The notes under the pieces were generated by a model. It was given only the letters and a program-made list of their open reading frames with translations. It made no database searches and was not told where the DNA came from. A program made the position numbers and the translations under genes. From contig OZ250165.1 in NCBI GenBank assembly GCA_965238005.1, positions 4,000,001-4,064,000 of the forward strand: a stretch of DNA of 64,000 nucleotides. The letters run 5' to 3'. Shown here piece after piece: positions 37,253 to 49,853 of the stretch. Source of the DNA: Longimicrobiales bacterium. GTDB taxonomy: Bacteria; Gemmatimonadota; Gemmatimonadetes; Longimicrobiales; Gaopeijiaceae. Within the stretch, counting starts at the first letter, position 1, and each line of letters starts with the position of its first letter.

Positions 37253-39397
37253 TTAGGAAACCCGCCGAAGATAGACCGTGGGAAGGACTCCCGACAGGCG
37301 GGCCGAAGCCTCCCTTGCCCGAGCCATCTCGTCCTCTACAAGCAGCCCCTCGTCGGCTCCCTCGAGAAGCCTCAGGAATCGATTATACGACTCCCGCGCC
37401 CGCTCCCTTTCGCCGGCCTGCTCCAAGGCCCGGCCCAGCTCGTAATGCCGGAGTACCTCGTAGTGGAAGTCGGGCCAGAGCACGTTCCGGAGGAGACGGC
37501 GTCCCTGCTCGGCGGTGGGTGCCCATGATGCCATGGCCGCGACAAGTCGGAAGGCGAGCGCGGCGCCCGTGCCCAACCCACCGATGGCGTCGGAGGGATC
37601 GGTGTTCACGCCCGCCGGAGTCCACCGGCCCGCCTGCGTGAGCCCGGACTGCATCCTCTCGATGGCCACCGCCGTATCCCCCCTGAGGAGCAGAACCCAG
37701 CCTCGGGAAGCAACGAGCAGGCCGGGACCCACAGACTCGAGCTCGCTGGGGGGATCATCCCCCTCGAGCTCGTCCAAGGCTGCCTCACCCCGCTGGGTGT
37801 CTCCGGCGGCCAGATAGCCCACCGCCTGGGAGAAGCGTGTCTCCCACCTCGGAAGCGAGGCCGCGGCTGCGGCGCCACCCGTCACCCTGGTCTCGAGACC
37901 GCGCGTCACCTCGGCCGCATCGATGAACCCCGCCACCGCCGGATAATCCGTGAGGTGGGCCCGTATGACCGAAGCCGGCACGACGTCCAGGCGGGCCGTG
38001 TCGGCCGCCGCCGCCATCCGGCCCGTGCTCGTCAGGAGAAGGGTCCGCACGCTCCAGAGGGTCTCCTTCCGCTCGGCGGGCACCAGAGGGATCACCGCCT
38101 CGAGCCCGCCCCTGAAGTCGGCGGGGCTACCCACGTCCACACGGTAGGAGCCCACCGCATAGGTGAATGCGGAGCCCACATCGGCCATGAGCTCCCGGGC
38201 GACGGCTACACGGGTCTCAGGGGTAAACCAGAGTGCAGTTCCGACACGCCTGAAGTCGGAGCCCCGGCGCAGGCCGGTCGCCTCGGCCATCCCCAGGTAA
38301 CGCTCGAACCGGGCCTGATCACCGAACTGCAACGCAGACTCGATGGGGTGGATCAGGCCCGCGGTCATGGTCGAGTCCAGCGCCAAGAGTCGCTCGACGG
38401 GCTCCGTCAGATCCTCGAGCCCCAACGCGTACAACGGTCGCTGATGGAAGCCGATCTCCGCCAGCAGGTGGAGAGCCTCCAGGTCGTCCGGGTACCTGGC
38501 GAGGAGGGCTCGGAGCGAGTCGGCCGTAGCGCGATCGCTCACGTCCCGACCTGCCTGCCATCGAGCCATGACAAGGCGGCGCTGGCGGGTGGGAAGCCTC
38601 TCGGCGAGCCGATGGGCGGCCTCCGTGTTGAAGGTGGCACTCTCGGTGAAGATCCCGTCCGCCCACCCGTACGTGTCGGAGAGCCGGGAGTACGCCAGAG
38701 CGAAGGTCGTGTCGGCTCGAACCGCGCGGGTGAAAGCACTGGCGGCTGCCCTCCACTGGCCTCGCCGAAAGAGGGCCTCGCCTCGAAGATAGTGGCTCAA
38801 GGCCTGGACATTGCTCGTCGTTACACCGCTGACATCGAACCCGGGCACAGCTTCTCGGGACCGCCACAGGTCTCTGATCAAGGCCTCGGACAGATCATCC
38901 ACGAGAGCAAGCACGCCGCTGGCGGACCCCTCGACCCGGGCCTCGGCTATCTGCCGGCCATCCGTTCGGTGCAGCTCGGCGGACAGCTCGAGTTCGGCCC
39001 CTCGAGCCGTGACGCTCCCTGTCAGGACGGATCCGGCATCGACGCTGCGCGCCTGCGCCAGGGCAGCGGGCAAGTCCGCACCACCCGGCCGGCCCGCATC
39101 TCTGTGGAGACGAAACACGATCCGGCTGTTGGCCGTGCGGATGGCGTCGACCTCCCCCAGGTTGATCGCCAGCAGATCGACGATCCCCTCGGCCAGGTAG
39201 TTCGCCCCCTCGCCCGAGGTCGTGAACGGCAGGACTGCCATTATCTCCGCACCCCTCGTCACCACCCCGTCCCGGTGCTTGAGCCACCAGAACGCCATGC
39301 CGAAAACGGCTACGCCGACGACGAATGCCTTGGTATATCCGGCCAACCGCGCCTCCTGGAGGAGGGCTGGCACTCGCGACCTGGTGGGTTCCTGCAT
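37253..39397 (-). CDS. Membrane-anchored TolB-like/TPR protein
   Basis: TM helix, AVLPF domain, TTSNVQALSHYLRGE, DTTFALAY TPR-like helices; resembles the C-terminal part of Ser/Thr kinase-TPR proteins but has no kinase domain. Confidence 0.6.
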   Translation of the reverse strand: MQEPTRSRVPALLQEARLAGYTKAFVVGVAVFGMAFWWLKHRDGVVTRGAEIMAVLPFTTSGEGANYLAEGIVDLLAINLGEVDAIRTANSRIVFRLHRDAGRPGGADLPAALAQARSVDAGSVLTGSVTARGAELELSAELHRTDGRQIAEARVEGSASGVLALVDDLSEALIRDLWRSREAVPGFDVSGVTTSNVQALSHYLRGEALFRRGQWRAAASAFTRAVRADTTFALAYSRLSDTYGWADGIFTESATFNTEAAHRLAERLPTRQRRLVMARWQAGRDVSDRATADSLRALLARYPDDLEALHLLAEIGFHQRPLYALGLEDLTEPVERLLALDSTMTAGLIHPIESALQFGDQARFERYLGMAEATGLRRGSDFRRVGTALWFTPETRVAVARELMADVGSAFTYAVGSYRVDVGSPADFRGGLEAVIPLVPAERKETLWSVRTLLLTSTGRMAAAADTARLDVVPASVIRAHLTDYPAVAGFIDAAEVTRGLETRVTGGAAAAASLPRWETRFSQAVGYLAAGDTQRGEAALDELEGDDPPSELESVGPGLLVASRGWVLLLRGDTAVAIERMQSGLTQAGRWTPAGVNTDPSDAIGGLGTGAALAFRLVAAMASWAPTAEQGRRLLRNVLWPDFHYEVLRHYELGRALEQAGERERARESYNRFLRLLEGADEGLLVEDEMARAREASARLSGVLPTVYLRRVS

Positions 39398-39539
39398 CCT
39401 CTTAAGGTAACCACTCTTCTCGCGGCGCTCGGAGCATCGCTGCATGTTGTCGGGTCACGCCGCTGTGACAGCCACGCGATGACGGTCGGTCCGAGGCGCA
39501 CCCCCTCCGTCATGCGCCCACATTCTCCACGGAGAGCAC

Positions 39540-41237
39540 GTGAGCCCAGCCACGCTGGCCACCCTGGCCGCCCTACCGATTCTTCTGGGCGGAGTCCTGC
39601 TAGTGGGCTTCCGCATCCCCGCCAAGTGGGCCATGCCGCTCGTGTACGTTACGGCGGTGGTCATCGCCCTGGGCGTGTGGAGCATGCCGGCGACAGACGT
39701 TGCGGCCTCCACGGTCCAGGGGCTGTTCCTCACCTTCGATCTCCTCTTGATCATCTTCGGCGCGATCCTGCTTTTGAACACCCTCGAGCGCTCGGGCGGG
39801 GTCGCCGCCATCCGCCGGAGCTTCCACGGCATCAGCGACGACCGGAGGGTCCAGGTGGTGATCATCGCCTGGCTGTTCGGCTCCTTCATCGAGGGGGCGG
39901 CGGGCTTCGGCACTCCTGCGGCGGTGGCGGCGCCCCTCATGGTGGCCATGGGCTTCCCGGCGGCCGGCGCGGTAATGATCGGCATGATGATCCAGAGCAC
40001 GCCGGTGACGTTCGGCGCGGTGGGTACGCCCATCCTGGTTGGGGTGCAAGGGGGCGTGGCCAGCCCCGAGTTCACGCTGGCCCTGACGGAGTGGGGCGCC
40101 ACCATGAACGACTACATCCGCGCCGTGACGCTCCGCGCCGCCCTCCTCCACGGGATCACGGGCACCCTCATGCCCACCATCATGGTCATGATGATGACCC
40201 GCTTCTTCGGGGAGCGGAAGTCGTGGACCGAGGGGCTCTCCGTCGTCCCCTTCGCCCTCTTCGGAGGGCTCGCCTTCACCGTGCCGTACGCCCTGACCGC
40301 GTGGCTCCTAGGGCCCGAGTTTCCGTCTCTTCTGGGGGCCTTGGTGGGATTGGCCGTGGTGTCCTTCGCCGCCCGGAAGGGCTTTTTGGTGCCGGCCGAC
40401 TCCTGGGACTTCCCCCAGCGGAGTGTGTGGCCCGCCGAGTGGTTGAGCGGCATGGAGGTCGTCTCCGAGGAGGAGGGAGAACACCCGGAGATGTCGGCTG
40501 TAAAGGCGTGGGTCCCGTACCTGCTGCTGGCCGTCCTGCTGGTCCTCAGCCGGCTTCCCTGGCTGCCACTCGGCACCGTGCTCCGGAGCGTGAGCATCGA
40601 GTGGCCCGAGATCTTCGGGACGTCGGTGAGCGCCACGACGACCCCCCTCTATCTACCGGGCACCATCCTCATCGTCGTGGTGGGGATGACCGCACTCCTG
40701 CACCGCATGAGCGGCGCGGCCCTCACGGCCGCCCTGGTGGACTCCAGCCGCGTGCTCCTGGGTGCGGGCTTCGTCCTGGTATTCACTGTCCCCATGGTAC
40801 GGGTCTACATCAACTCGGGCGTGAACGGGGCGGGCATGGCGTCCATGCCCCTGACCATGGCCGGATGGGTCGCGGACACGGTGGGGGGCATCTGGCCTCT
40901 CTTCGCAGGAGTGACCGGTGCCCTGGGTGCCTTCATCGCCGGATCCAACACGGTGAGCAACCTGATGTTCGCGGCCTTTCAGCACGGGGTCGCCACGAGC
41001 CTGGCCATCTCGAGCGCCATGGTCGTGGCGCTCCAGGCCGTGGGCGCCGCCGCCGGCAACATGATCGCAATCCACAACGTGGTGGCGGCGTCGGCGACGG
41101 TGGGGTTGCTGGGAAGGGAGGGCTCGACGCTGAGGAAGACTATAATCCCTACCGTCTACTATCTGGTGGTCATCGGGGTGTTAGGGCTGGTGGCGGTCTA
41201 CGTGCTCAGGGTGGCCGGGCCTCTCTGGGCGGGATGA
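39540..41237 (+). CDS. lctP: L-lactate permease (LctP family)
   Basis: [39 protein letters not shown]. Confidence 0.85.
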   Translation: MSPATLATLAALPILLGGVLLVGFRIPAKWAMPLVYVTAVVIALGVWSMPATDVAASTVQGLFLTFDLLLIIFGAILLLNTLERSGGVAAIRRSFHGISDDRRVQVVIIAWLFGSFIEGAAGFGTPAAVAAPLMVAMGFPAAGAVMIGMMIQSTPVTFGAVGTPILVGVQGGVASPEFTLALTEWGATMNDYIRAVTLRAALLHGITGTLMPTIMVMMMTRFFGERKSWTEGLSVVPFALFGGLAFTVPYALTAWLLGPEFPSLLGALVGLAVVSFAARKGFLVPADSWDFPQRSVWPAEWLSGMEVVSEEEGEHPEMSAVKAWVPYLLLAVLLVLSRLPWLPLGTVLRSVSIEWPEIFGTSVSATTTPLYLPGTILIVVVGMTALLHRMSGAALTAALVDSSRVLLGAGFVLVFTVPMVRVYINSGVNGAGMASMPLTMAGWVADTVGGIWPLFAGVTGALGAFIAGSNTVSNLMFAAFQHGVATSLAISSAMVVALQAVGAAAGNMIAIHNVVAASATVGLLGREGSTLRKTIIPTVYYLVVIGVLGLVAVYVLRVAGPLWAG

Positions 41238-41291
41238 GCGGCTCGCGCCAGGGCCGAAGCGTCCGATCCAGGGCACCCGCGCCGGGGTGCA

Positions 41292-42626
41292 CTAGCTCAG
41301 CCGGCGCACGAGCTTCTTGAGTCCGCGAGTGTAGCTCGCGTGCTCCACCTCCAGGTGGTGGCGGTAGGTCTTCTGATAGCGAACACCCCCGCTCAGGTCC
41401 TCCTCCGGCGTGCGCTTCCTCTTTTTGAGCCAGGGGTTCACAGTCCCACCACTCCAGCCCGAGGCCAGGTAGAGAGCCACTGCGCGGCATTGCCAGTGGA
41501 CGATCCCGAACTGCCCGCTATCCGGTTGGATCATGCCCACCACGAAAAGGTTGTCACGCTCCGGGTGGAAGACGTGCTTGTAGAGGATGGGCCGCCCGTC
41601 CCGCCAGTTGAGATGGCTCTCGTCCATGAAGGGGAAGGTGATAGCGTAGCCGGTGGCCCAGATGAGGAGATCGATGATCTCCGACGTCCCGTCGACGAAG
41701 TGCACCCGCTCCCCGTCCCACCGCTCGATGTCCGGCTTCGGTGTGATGGCCCCGTGCCGCACGAAGTAGGGCAAGAGGGTGTTGACGATGGGGTGGGTTT
41801 CGAAGAGCCGGTGGTCCGGCTTGGGAAGCCCCAGATCCTCTTGGCGGCCCATGACCAGCCGGAGCGAGACGTTGGCGACGATCCTCTGTATGCCCATGGG
41901 AATCCGTAAGGCATGCATCATGCTCGCCACCTGATCCGAGGGCCGTCCCCAAAGGTACTTGGGCACGTAGTGATAGCCCCTCCGGGTACTGTGGAACGCC
42001 GCCTCGGCCTTGTGTGCCGCCTCGACCACGATGTCGCACCCGGAGTTCCCGCCGCCCACCACCAGAACCCGCTTGCCGAGGAGGATCTCGGAGGCTTTGT
42101 AGTCGGCCGAGTGCATCACCCGTCCGTCGAAATGCCCGGGATACTCGGGAGTCATGGGATCGCTGTTGTGGCCGTTGGCGATCACCAGCGCGCCGTAGCG
42201 CCGCCCCTCACGACCGGCCCATATGACGTCCCAGCAGGACTCCCCGGTGGGCCCGGACGCCGGCGATGGCTCCACGCGCTCTACCTCAGCCCCGTACTCG
42301 ATGAGCGGCTCGAGCTCGAAGTGCTCGGCATAGCCTCTCAGGTAGGCGAGGATCTCCGTGTGGTGCGGGTAATCCGGATAGGAGGCCGGCATGGTGTAGT
42401 CCGGGAACTCCGTCCCGGGCTTTGACGAGATGGTGTGGGTGGATCGATACACGCGTGCCGCCGGTAGCGGGTAATTCCAGTTTCCCCCCAGATCCTCGCA
42501 GGCTTCGAGAATGTCGACCGCCAGGCCGACTTCCCGCAGGTTCCGGGCCGCCGTTAGCCCGGAGCTCCCTGCACCGATCACACAGACCCGGTCGCTCCTG
42601 TCCGAGAATTCTCCGCCTGATGACAT
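41292..42626 (-). CDS. Flavin-containing monooxygenase (FMO family)
   Basis: IGAGSSG, GGNW, F.GRVMHSADYK, VGGGNSGCDI, ATGY. Confidence 0.9.
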   Translation of the reverse strand: MSSGGEFSDRSDRVCVIGAGSSGLTAARNLREVGLAVDILEACEDLGGNWNYPLPAARVYRSTHTISSKPGTEFPDYTMPASYPDYPHHTEILAYLRGYAEHFELEPLIEYGAEVERVEPSPASGPTGESCWDVIWAGREGRRYGALVIANGHNSDPMTPEYPGHFDGRVMHSADYKASEILLGKRVLVVGGGNSGCDIVVEAAHKAEAAFHSTRRGYHYVPKYLWGRPSDQVASMMHALRIPMGIQRIVANVSLRLVMGRQEDLGLPKPDHRLFETHPIVNTLLPYFVRHGAITPKPDIERWDGERVHFVDGTSEIIDLLIWATGYAITFPFMDESHLNWRDGRPILYKHVFHPERDNLFVVGMIQPDSGQFGIVHWQCRAVALYLASGWSGGTVNPWLKKRKRTPEEDLSGGVRYQKTYRHHLEVEHASYTRGLKKLVRRLS

Positions 42627-42689
42627 GGGCGTATCTTAGTCCTTGAAGATCGCTCCGCCACCGGCCTCCTTATCGGACGACCGCATAAT

Positions 42690-42960
42690 CCCCCGGCTGT
42701 CATCGACCTGTTGCACGACGAGCTCGGTCTGGGGCCGCCCAGGCGTTCCACTGGTTCCGCGTCGACGAGACTGCGAGGGAGTTCCGGCGCATCCTGCGTC
42801 CAGGAGGATGGATCGCTCTGATCTGGAACAGCCGCCCGCCGAGCGGAACTCCGTTTCTCTGTGCCTACGAGAGCTTCCTGGAGGAGTGGGGGAACGATTA
42901 CACGGCGGTCCGCAAGACGTACGAGGTAGATGATTCCCTGCCCGGCCTCTTCGGAGCAGG
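42690..42960 (+). pseudogene. Internally deleted class I SAM-dependent methyltransferase remnant (not in ORF track)
   Basis: PAVIDLLHDELGLG joined out of frame to AAQAFHWF...EFRRILRPGGWIALIWN...YESFLEEWGNDY; SAM-binding motif absent. Confidence 0.65.
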
Positions 42961-42984
42961 CCGGGAATCAGCTAGCCGGCGCCC

Positions 42985-43584
42985 TCACTCCACCGGCTGG
43001 CGACCCCGCCGACGACTGGCATATGGCAGGCCGGGCTTGCCGATGCTGGCTCTGACCTCTGCCTCGGCGGAGAACGGCTCTCCGGTCCAGCTCTCGAACC
43101 TCCCCTGAAGATCGAAGGCCACCGACTCGAGGGGAATGGTCATGTAGTTGAACCTGTTCTGCATGAAGGGCGTCACGTAGCGACGAGCGAACTCGAAGAT
43201 TCCCAGCTCGTCGTACTGGACCAGGTGAACCATCTCATGGAAGACCACCGAGTGGGACGGTGGCCCCGGCACCTGGTCGTCACTCACCAGAATGACGTCC
43301 CCGAACGTGATCGCCGCCCACACGCTGAAGTCCAGGGGAATCGACGCTCCGGCCTCCTCGAACTCCCTGTAGAAGGGAGGATTCTCGATCACCGGGACGC
43401 GCCGGATGCGGGCTCTGTCCAGGGTCTCTTGACTGAAGAAGCCCCGAAGCGCGGCCGTGGTCGTGTCCGGCAGAGGCTCGGAGTGGGCTCGGTGTAGATC
43501 GCGTTGGTTCGAGATCCAGTGCCCAGCGTTGTCCGCCAGGTACGAGACCAGTTCCTGCATGCTCAGCCGCTTCGGGTCCGTCAA
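42985..43584 (-). CDS. DUF4157-like zincin (HExxH) protein
   Basis: AAITFGDVI, HEMVHLVQY, PLE..A. Confidence 0.65.
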   Translation of the reverse strand: MTDPKRLSMQELVSYLADNAGHWISNQRDLHRAHSEPLPDTTTAALRGFFSQETLDRARIRRVPVIENPPFYREFEEAGASIPLDFSVWAAITFGDVILVSDDQVPGPPSHSVVFHEMVHLVQYDELGIFEFARRYVTPFMQNRFNYMTIPLESVAFDLQGRFESWTGEPFSAEAEVRASIGKPGLPYASRRRGRQPVE

Positions 43585-43720
43585 CGGGCTATCCCCGAGT
43601 CATAAGTAAGGCACAATCGAGTGTCGGACTGGTTTGACGCACCACCCGTTTCCGAGACGGCGGGCGGCACCGTCGAGTTTCAGGCCTGACTTCAAAGGTA
43701 CCGCCCCCCGCGACCCGGAC

Positions 43721-44215
43721 TCAAGCGTCTCCAGGGCGGGCCCCCGAGAACATCTCCGAGGCCATGACCGCACCCCGGTCCGCACCCACCGCGACGCGGA
43801 TCCCAATCTCGCGGGTCCGCTGCCGCACCGAGAAGGCCATGAGGCTGTAGGTGCCGACCGCCGCCAGCAGGAAGGCGAGCCCTGCAAAGAGATTTAGCAG
43901 CGTACCCTGGAAGCGCGGGGCTGCGACAGACAGATCCAGCATCTCGTCCAGGGAGCCTCGAACCTCGCGAGGATCCCGTCCAACCCGGCGATCACCTGCG
44001 CGGGCTCCGGGTAGTCAGCGTCCGGGAAGGTGAGGCCGAACGTCGTGATACCTTCGGGCTCCAGCCCGAGATCTACGGAGTAGAGGTTGGCCAGGCTCCG
44101 CACCGAAGAGGCCCGCACCCACCAGGAGGATCATGGCCAGCGCGAACTCGGCGACCACCAGACCGTCGCGCACGCGAGCGTGACCCGATTCGGAGCGAAG
44201 GCTCCCGCCAACCCT
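43721..44215 (-). pseudogene. Fragmented ADOP/MacB-type ABC transporter permease
   Basis: Three frames give LVVAEFALAMILLVGAGL, RSLANLYSVDLG.EPEG and PRF...FAGLAFLLAAVG.Y...SVRQRTREIGIRVAVGA; most of the gene is missing. Confidence 0.8.
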
Positions 44216-44235
44216 TCCGCTTCTTCGCTGGCACG

Positions 44236-44420
44236 GTGGTGGACGCCCAGGGTCAGCCAGCCGAGGGGGTCGAGATCTCAGCACGGCGCGTCTCGGACGG
44301 GCTAGACCTCACGCCGGACGATGTGGGCTTCGGCCAGCCAGGCGTCTACGTGGTGCTGACGGACAACGCCGTAGACGACGTGACCGAGGAGGGTACTTTC
44401 GTCGAGGTGGTGGAACGCGA
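44236..44420 (+). pseudogene. Coding fragment (VVDAQGQPAEGV; carboxypeptidase-regulatory-like start)
   Basis: High-GC3 frame with no own stop before the gyrB 3' end. Confidence 0.35.
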
Positions 44421-44436
44421 GGGGGCACCGGGCGCG

Positions 44437-46380
<1,944 letters not shown>

Positions 46381-46436
46381 CTAACGCTCGCTCGGTTGTG
46401 GGCACCGATGTGCTCCCGCGTTCGGCGCGGGAGTCC

Positions 46437-46748
46437 TTACCCGTTCCCCTCCATCAGCGTGAGTACGATCCTCTCGATCGTTCCATCTTTCTCCAACTGC
46501 CCGTTGATCCGCTCCAGCAGAGCCCCCTTCATGAGGTTGAGCTCCATGAGCCAAGCACTACTCCGCACCTCCACAAAGAGCGTCGACACAACGACCGCCT
46601 TGGCCCGCGTCACGCCGGCAATCTTCTCTCCGACCGCCTCTGCCCACGCGTCAAGGGCGCCGACCCGGCGGATCTGAGTCCGGAGTCCGCGCTCCTTCAG
46701 CACGTCGTCGAGCAGATCCCCCACTCGCGACGGCCCGGTATGGCTCAC
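46437..46748 (-). CDS. DUF721 / DciA family protein
   Basis: W.EAVG.KIA..T....V....L.V.V.SSAW..EL pattern; canonical position between recF and gyrB. Confidence 0.85.
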   Translation of the reverse strand: MSHTGPSRVGDLLDDVLKERGLRTQIRRVGALDAWAEAVGEKIAGVTRAKAVVVSTLFVEVRSSAWLMELNLMKGALLERINGQLEKDGTIERIVLTLMEGNG

Positions 46749-47869
46749 GCGCAGATCTGTCCTTCCCGAATGCCCCAGCGGGGAAGAGCACCCTCCTGGA
46801 GATGGACATCGCTCTCTTTAGGGGCCGCCGTGATCACCTGTCCGAAGCGCCCACCCTCCATCAGTTGGAGTACCCTCTCCAGCCGCTCCTCGTCGAGCTC
46901 CGCGAAGGCATCGTCCAGCAGAAGGATCGGATCCGTCTGTCGGGTCTGGCGGATGGCATCACCCTCCACCAACCGGAGCGCTAAGGCCGCGGTCCTGCGC
47001 TGTCCCCCCGAGCCGAACTCCCGCACCTCCGAAGGGCGGGGGCCTTCCGTCAAGCACAGAAGAAGCTCGTCGCGATGGGGACCAGCTCCCGTATTCCGGA
47101 ATCGGAGATCCCGGGACCATCCTGCCTCAAGGGCCCTGCCGTAGGCATCGCGCACTCCATCCTCGTCCCATATCTGAACCGCTACGTTGGGCTCATAATC
47201 CATCGACGCCGAGGGACCTCCACTCACCGCCTCGTAGTAGCCGCGAAACGTCTCACCCCACTCCTCCACCCAGAGGAACCGGGCCAGCATCACCAACGCC
47301 GCGCTTCGGGCCAAGGGCTCATCCCAGGCTCGTACCACCGAGGCGGGCTGCTCCGCGCGAAGTGCAGAATTCCGCTGGGCCAACACGTGCTTGAACTCCT
47401 GGAGCGCCGCCAGGTAGCCGGACTCGTTCAGCGAAAGGACGATGTCCAGGAACCGGCGTCGCCGGGATGGTCCGTCACTCACGATGGCCACATCCGCCGG
47501 CGAGAAGATCACGGCGCCTAGGCGTCCGACGGCATCGCCGATCCGTGCAGGTTCCGCTCCATCGACGGTCACCTTTCGGCGACCCCCCGCCCGCTCGTAC
47601 GCGGCCGCCACCTCGGTTGCCGGGATTTCGGCACCCTCCGACGGCTCCACCTGCGCCGACACTCGGAACACGTCCTCCCCGAATGCGATGAGCTGCTCGG
47701 AGCGGGCTCCTCGGAACGACCTGAACGTTTCCAGATAGTAGATCGCTTCGAGCAGGTTGGACTTCCCTTGAGCGTTAGGCCCGACGATGGCCACCCCCTC
47801 CGGCGGAAAGGAGAGCTCCTGGTTCCCTAGGTTTCGAAAGAGCCGGAGCTTCAGCACGCTCAGGTGCAA
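46745..47869 (-). CDS. recF: DNA replication and repair protein RecF
   Basis: GPNAQGKSNLLEAI, RRRFLD, GPHRDEL, GSGGQRR, LLLDDAFAELD. Confidence 0.95.
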   Translation of the reverse strand: MHLSVLKLRLFRNLGNQELSFPPEGVAIVGPNAQGKSNLLEAIYYLETFRSFRGARSEQLIAFGEDVFRVSAQVEPSEGAEIPATEVAAAYERAGGRRKVTVDGAEPARIGDAVGRLGAVIFSPADVAIVSDGPSRRRRFLDIVLSLNESGYLAALQEFKHVLAQRNSALRAEQPASVVRAWDEPLARSAALVMLARFLWVEEWGETFRGYYEAVSGGPSASMDYEPNVAVQIWDEDGVRDAYGRALEAGWSRDLRFRNTGAGPHRDELLLCLTEGPRPSEVREFGSGGQRRTAALALRLVEGDAIRQTRQTDPILLLDDAFAELDEERLERVLQLMEGGRFGQVITAAPKESDVHLQEGALPRWGIREGQICA

Positions 47870-47987
47870 GGCGCGGGTGCCGAGAATGGCCTTTCAAGCA
47901 TGGGAAAATCTAACGATTCTGGGGGTTCACAGCCATCCCTTGGATGAGCCGAAACCCCTTATGCGGCGCCCATTTCCGGAGAGGCCC

Positions 47988-48773
47988 TCACTTGCGCTCG
48001 AAGGCGGGTTTCCTCTTCTCGAGGAACGCGGTCATACCCTCCTTCATGTCGCCCGTGGACGCCAGCAATCCGAAGAGAGCCGACTCGAAGCTCTGGGCGT
48101 CGGCGGGAGCCGAATCCAGGGCCAGATAAATCGACTCGAGGGCCATGCGGACTGCGACCGGGCCGTTTTTCGTGATCCCCCGGGCGAACTCCTTTGCCCG
48201 GTCCATCAATTCGTCCTGCGGGTACACGGCGCTGACCAGCCCGATGCGCTCCGCTTTTTCGGCGTCGAGCATGCCACCCGTCAGGGTGAACTCCACTGCT
48301 CGACCCAGGCCGATGAGTCGAGAGAGTCTCATCGTGCCCCCATAGCCGGGAACGATACCGAGGCCGACCTCCGGGAGCCCGAACCGCGCATTCTCGCTCG
48401 CCACCCGGATATGGCACGCCAGGGCAAGCTCGCATCCGCCACCGAGCGCATAGCCTCCGACGGCGGCGATCACTGGCTTCGGAAATCGCTCGATTTCGGC
48501 GAAGATGCGCTGGCCCTCGCGGCTCAACTGGACGCCACTGAGAGGGGTCAGCTTCGCGAGCTCCCCGATGTCGGCCCCGGCAACGAAGGCCTTGTCTCCG
48601 GCCCCCGTGAGGATCACCCCCCGGACATCGGCGTCGTCGCGCAGATCACGAAAGACGTCGCCGAGCTCCCGGACCACCTCGGCGTTGGGTGCATTCAACT
48701 TCTCCGGGCGGTCGATCACCACGATGGCCAGATCCCCGTCCCACTCCACACGGATGTATTGTAGATCGCTCAT
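47988..48773 (-). CDS. Enoyl-CoA hydratase/crotonase
   Basis: AFVAGADI, ALGGGCELALAC, FGLPEVGLGIVPGYGGT. Confidence 0.92.
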   Translation of the reverse strand: MSDLQYIRVEWDGDLAIVVIDRPEKLNAPNAEVVRELGDVFRDLRDDADVRGVILTGAGDKAFVAGADIGELAKLTPLSGVQLSREGQRIFAEIERFPKPVIAAVGGYALGGGCELALACHIRVASENARFGLPEVGLGIVPGYGGTMRLSRLIGLGRAVEFTLTGGMLDAEKAERIGLVSAVYPQDELMDRAKEFARGITKNGPVAVRMALESIYLALDSAPADAQSFESALFGLLASTGDMKEGMTAFLEKRKPAFERK

Positions 48774-48963
48774 AGCCTGACTCGGTCGTCGCTAATCCCT
48801 TGGAAGGTGCCTTCAGTCAAAGGCGGCAAGGGCAAAACTAGGAGAGGGGCTGAGGCGCCGCCACCCGGCCATAGCGCCTCGTTCGAGCCTTCGATACTTT
48901 GGGCTCCGCCCGGCCAGCGAGCCGGATCAAATCCCCGCATGAAACTCCAAGGAGTACTCTGAA

Positions 48964-49386
48964 ATGAGCCGGTCCCTCAACAAGGTCATGCTCATCGGCA
49001 ACGTCGGAAGCGATCCTGAGATCCGTGCCACTTCGTCGGGTGGTCGCGTCGCGAAGGTGTCCCTGGCCACCAACCGGCAGTGGAAGGACGGCTCCGGACA
49101 ACAGCAGGAGAAGACCGAGTGGCACCGGCTCACCTTCTTCGGTCGGCTCGTCGACATCGTGGAGCAGTGGGTGAAGAAGGGGGATCGCCTCTACGTGGAG
49201 GGCCGCATCGAGTACTCGCAGACCGAGAAGGACGGCCAAACGCGATATTGGACCGACATCGTCGTCGTGGAGATGGTGATGTTGGGATCTACCGGGGCGG
49301 GAGGAGGAGGATTCGAAGGCGCCCCACCTCCGAGTCCAACGCCGTCCACACCGATCTCGGAGCCTGACGACGACTTGCCGTTCTAA
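48964..49386 (+). CDS. ssb: Single-stranded DNA-binding protein
   Basis: LNKVMLIGNVG.DPE, TEWHR, KGDRLYVEG, C-terminal DDDLPF; AAGGAG RBS. Confidence 0.97.
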   Translation: MSRSLNKVMLIGNVGSDPEIRATSSGGRVAKVSLATNRQWKDGSGQQQEKTEWHRLTFFGRLVDIVEQWVKKGDRLYVEGRIEYSQTEKDGQTRYWTDIVVVEMVMLGSTGAGGGGFEGAPPPSPTPSTPISEPDDDLPF

Positions 49387-49733
49387 GCGTCCAGCGCCTC
49401 CCGCAGATCACTCTCCCAAAGACCCAGAAACTGAGCCTCGTATTGGGCGGGGTTGCGGGCGTAGTCTTCCGCCCAAGCGTCGAAGGGTGGAAGCGCCAGA
49501 CGGCGCGAGACCCCGGCCGTGGCTAGGTGAACCATACGCTCATACGTAGGCTCGCCCTCCCCTCCCTCTAGGCGATGGGCTTCTTCGGCCAGCAGATATA
49601 TCTCGTCGGGTGACAGCAGGAGGAGGTGCTCGGCGACCTGAGCCGAGCAATACTCCAGGTACTTCGCCCGCAAGACCGAGTCCGTCTCGGTATCCTGTCC
49701 GTGGGGGGGGGTCTTGGGATCGGCGTCACTCAC
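49383..49733 (-). CDS. Hypothetical protein, 'domain A' only
   Basis: GGGAGG RBS, GTG start; LRAKYLEYCSAQ and LPPFDAWAEDY motifs shared with 50647-51246 and 52769-53494. Confidence 0.75.
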   Translation of the reverse strand: MSDADPKTPPHGQDTETDSVLRAKYLEYCSAQVAEHLLLLSPDEIYLLAEEAHRLEGGEGEPTYERMVHLATAGVSRRLALPPFDAWAEDYARNPAQYEAQFLGLWESDLREALDA

Positions 49734-49853
49734 GCCCGGCCTCCCGAATGCCTCTCAGGCCGGCAGCGCGTACCGCCCTTCGGCGCGCAAATGCAGGCCC
49801 ATCTTACTGTTACGTTCTAGCTGGGGCACCGGGGAGAGTCAACCCCTAGGGAA

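Noticed and set aside
37955..41320. 1121-aa plus-strand ORF and other long overlapping ORFs (e.g. 10101-11813, 14330-16051, 17534-19393, 44776-46677)
   Set aside because: Shadow frames of well-supported genes in high-GC DNA; Arg/Gly/Pro-rich with no motifs.
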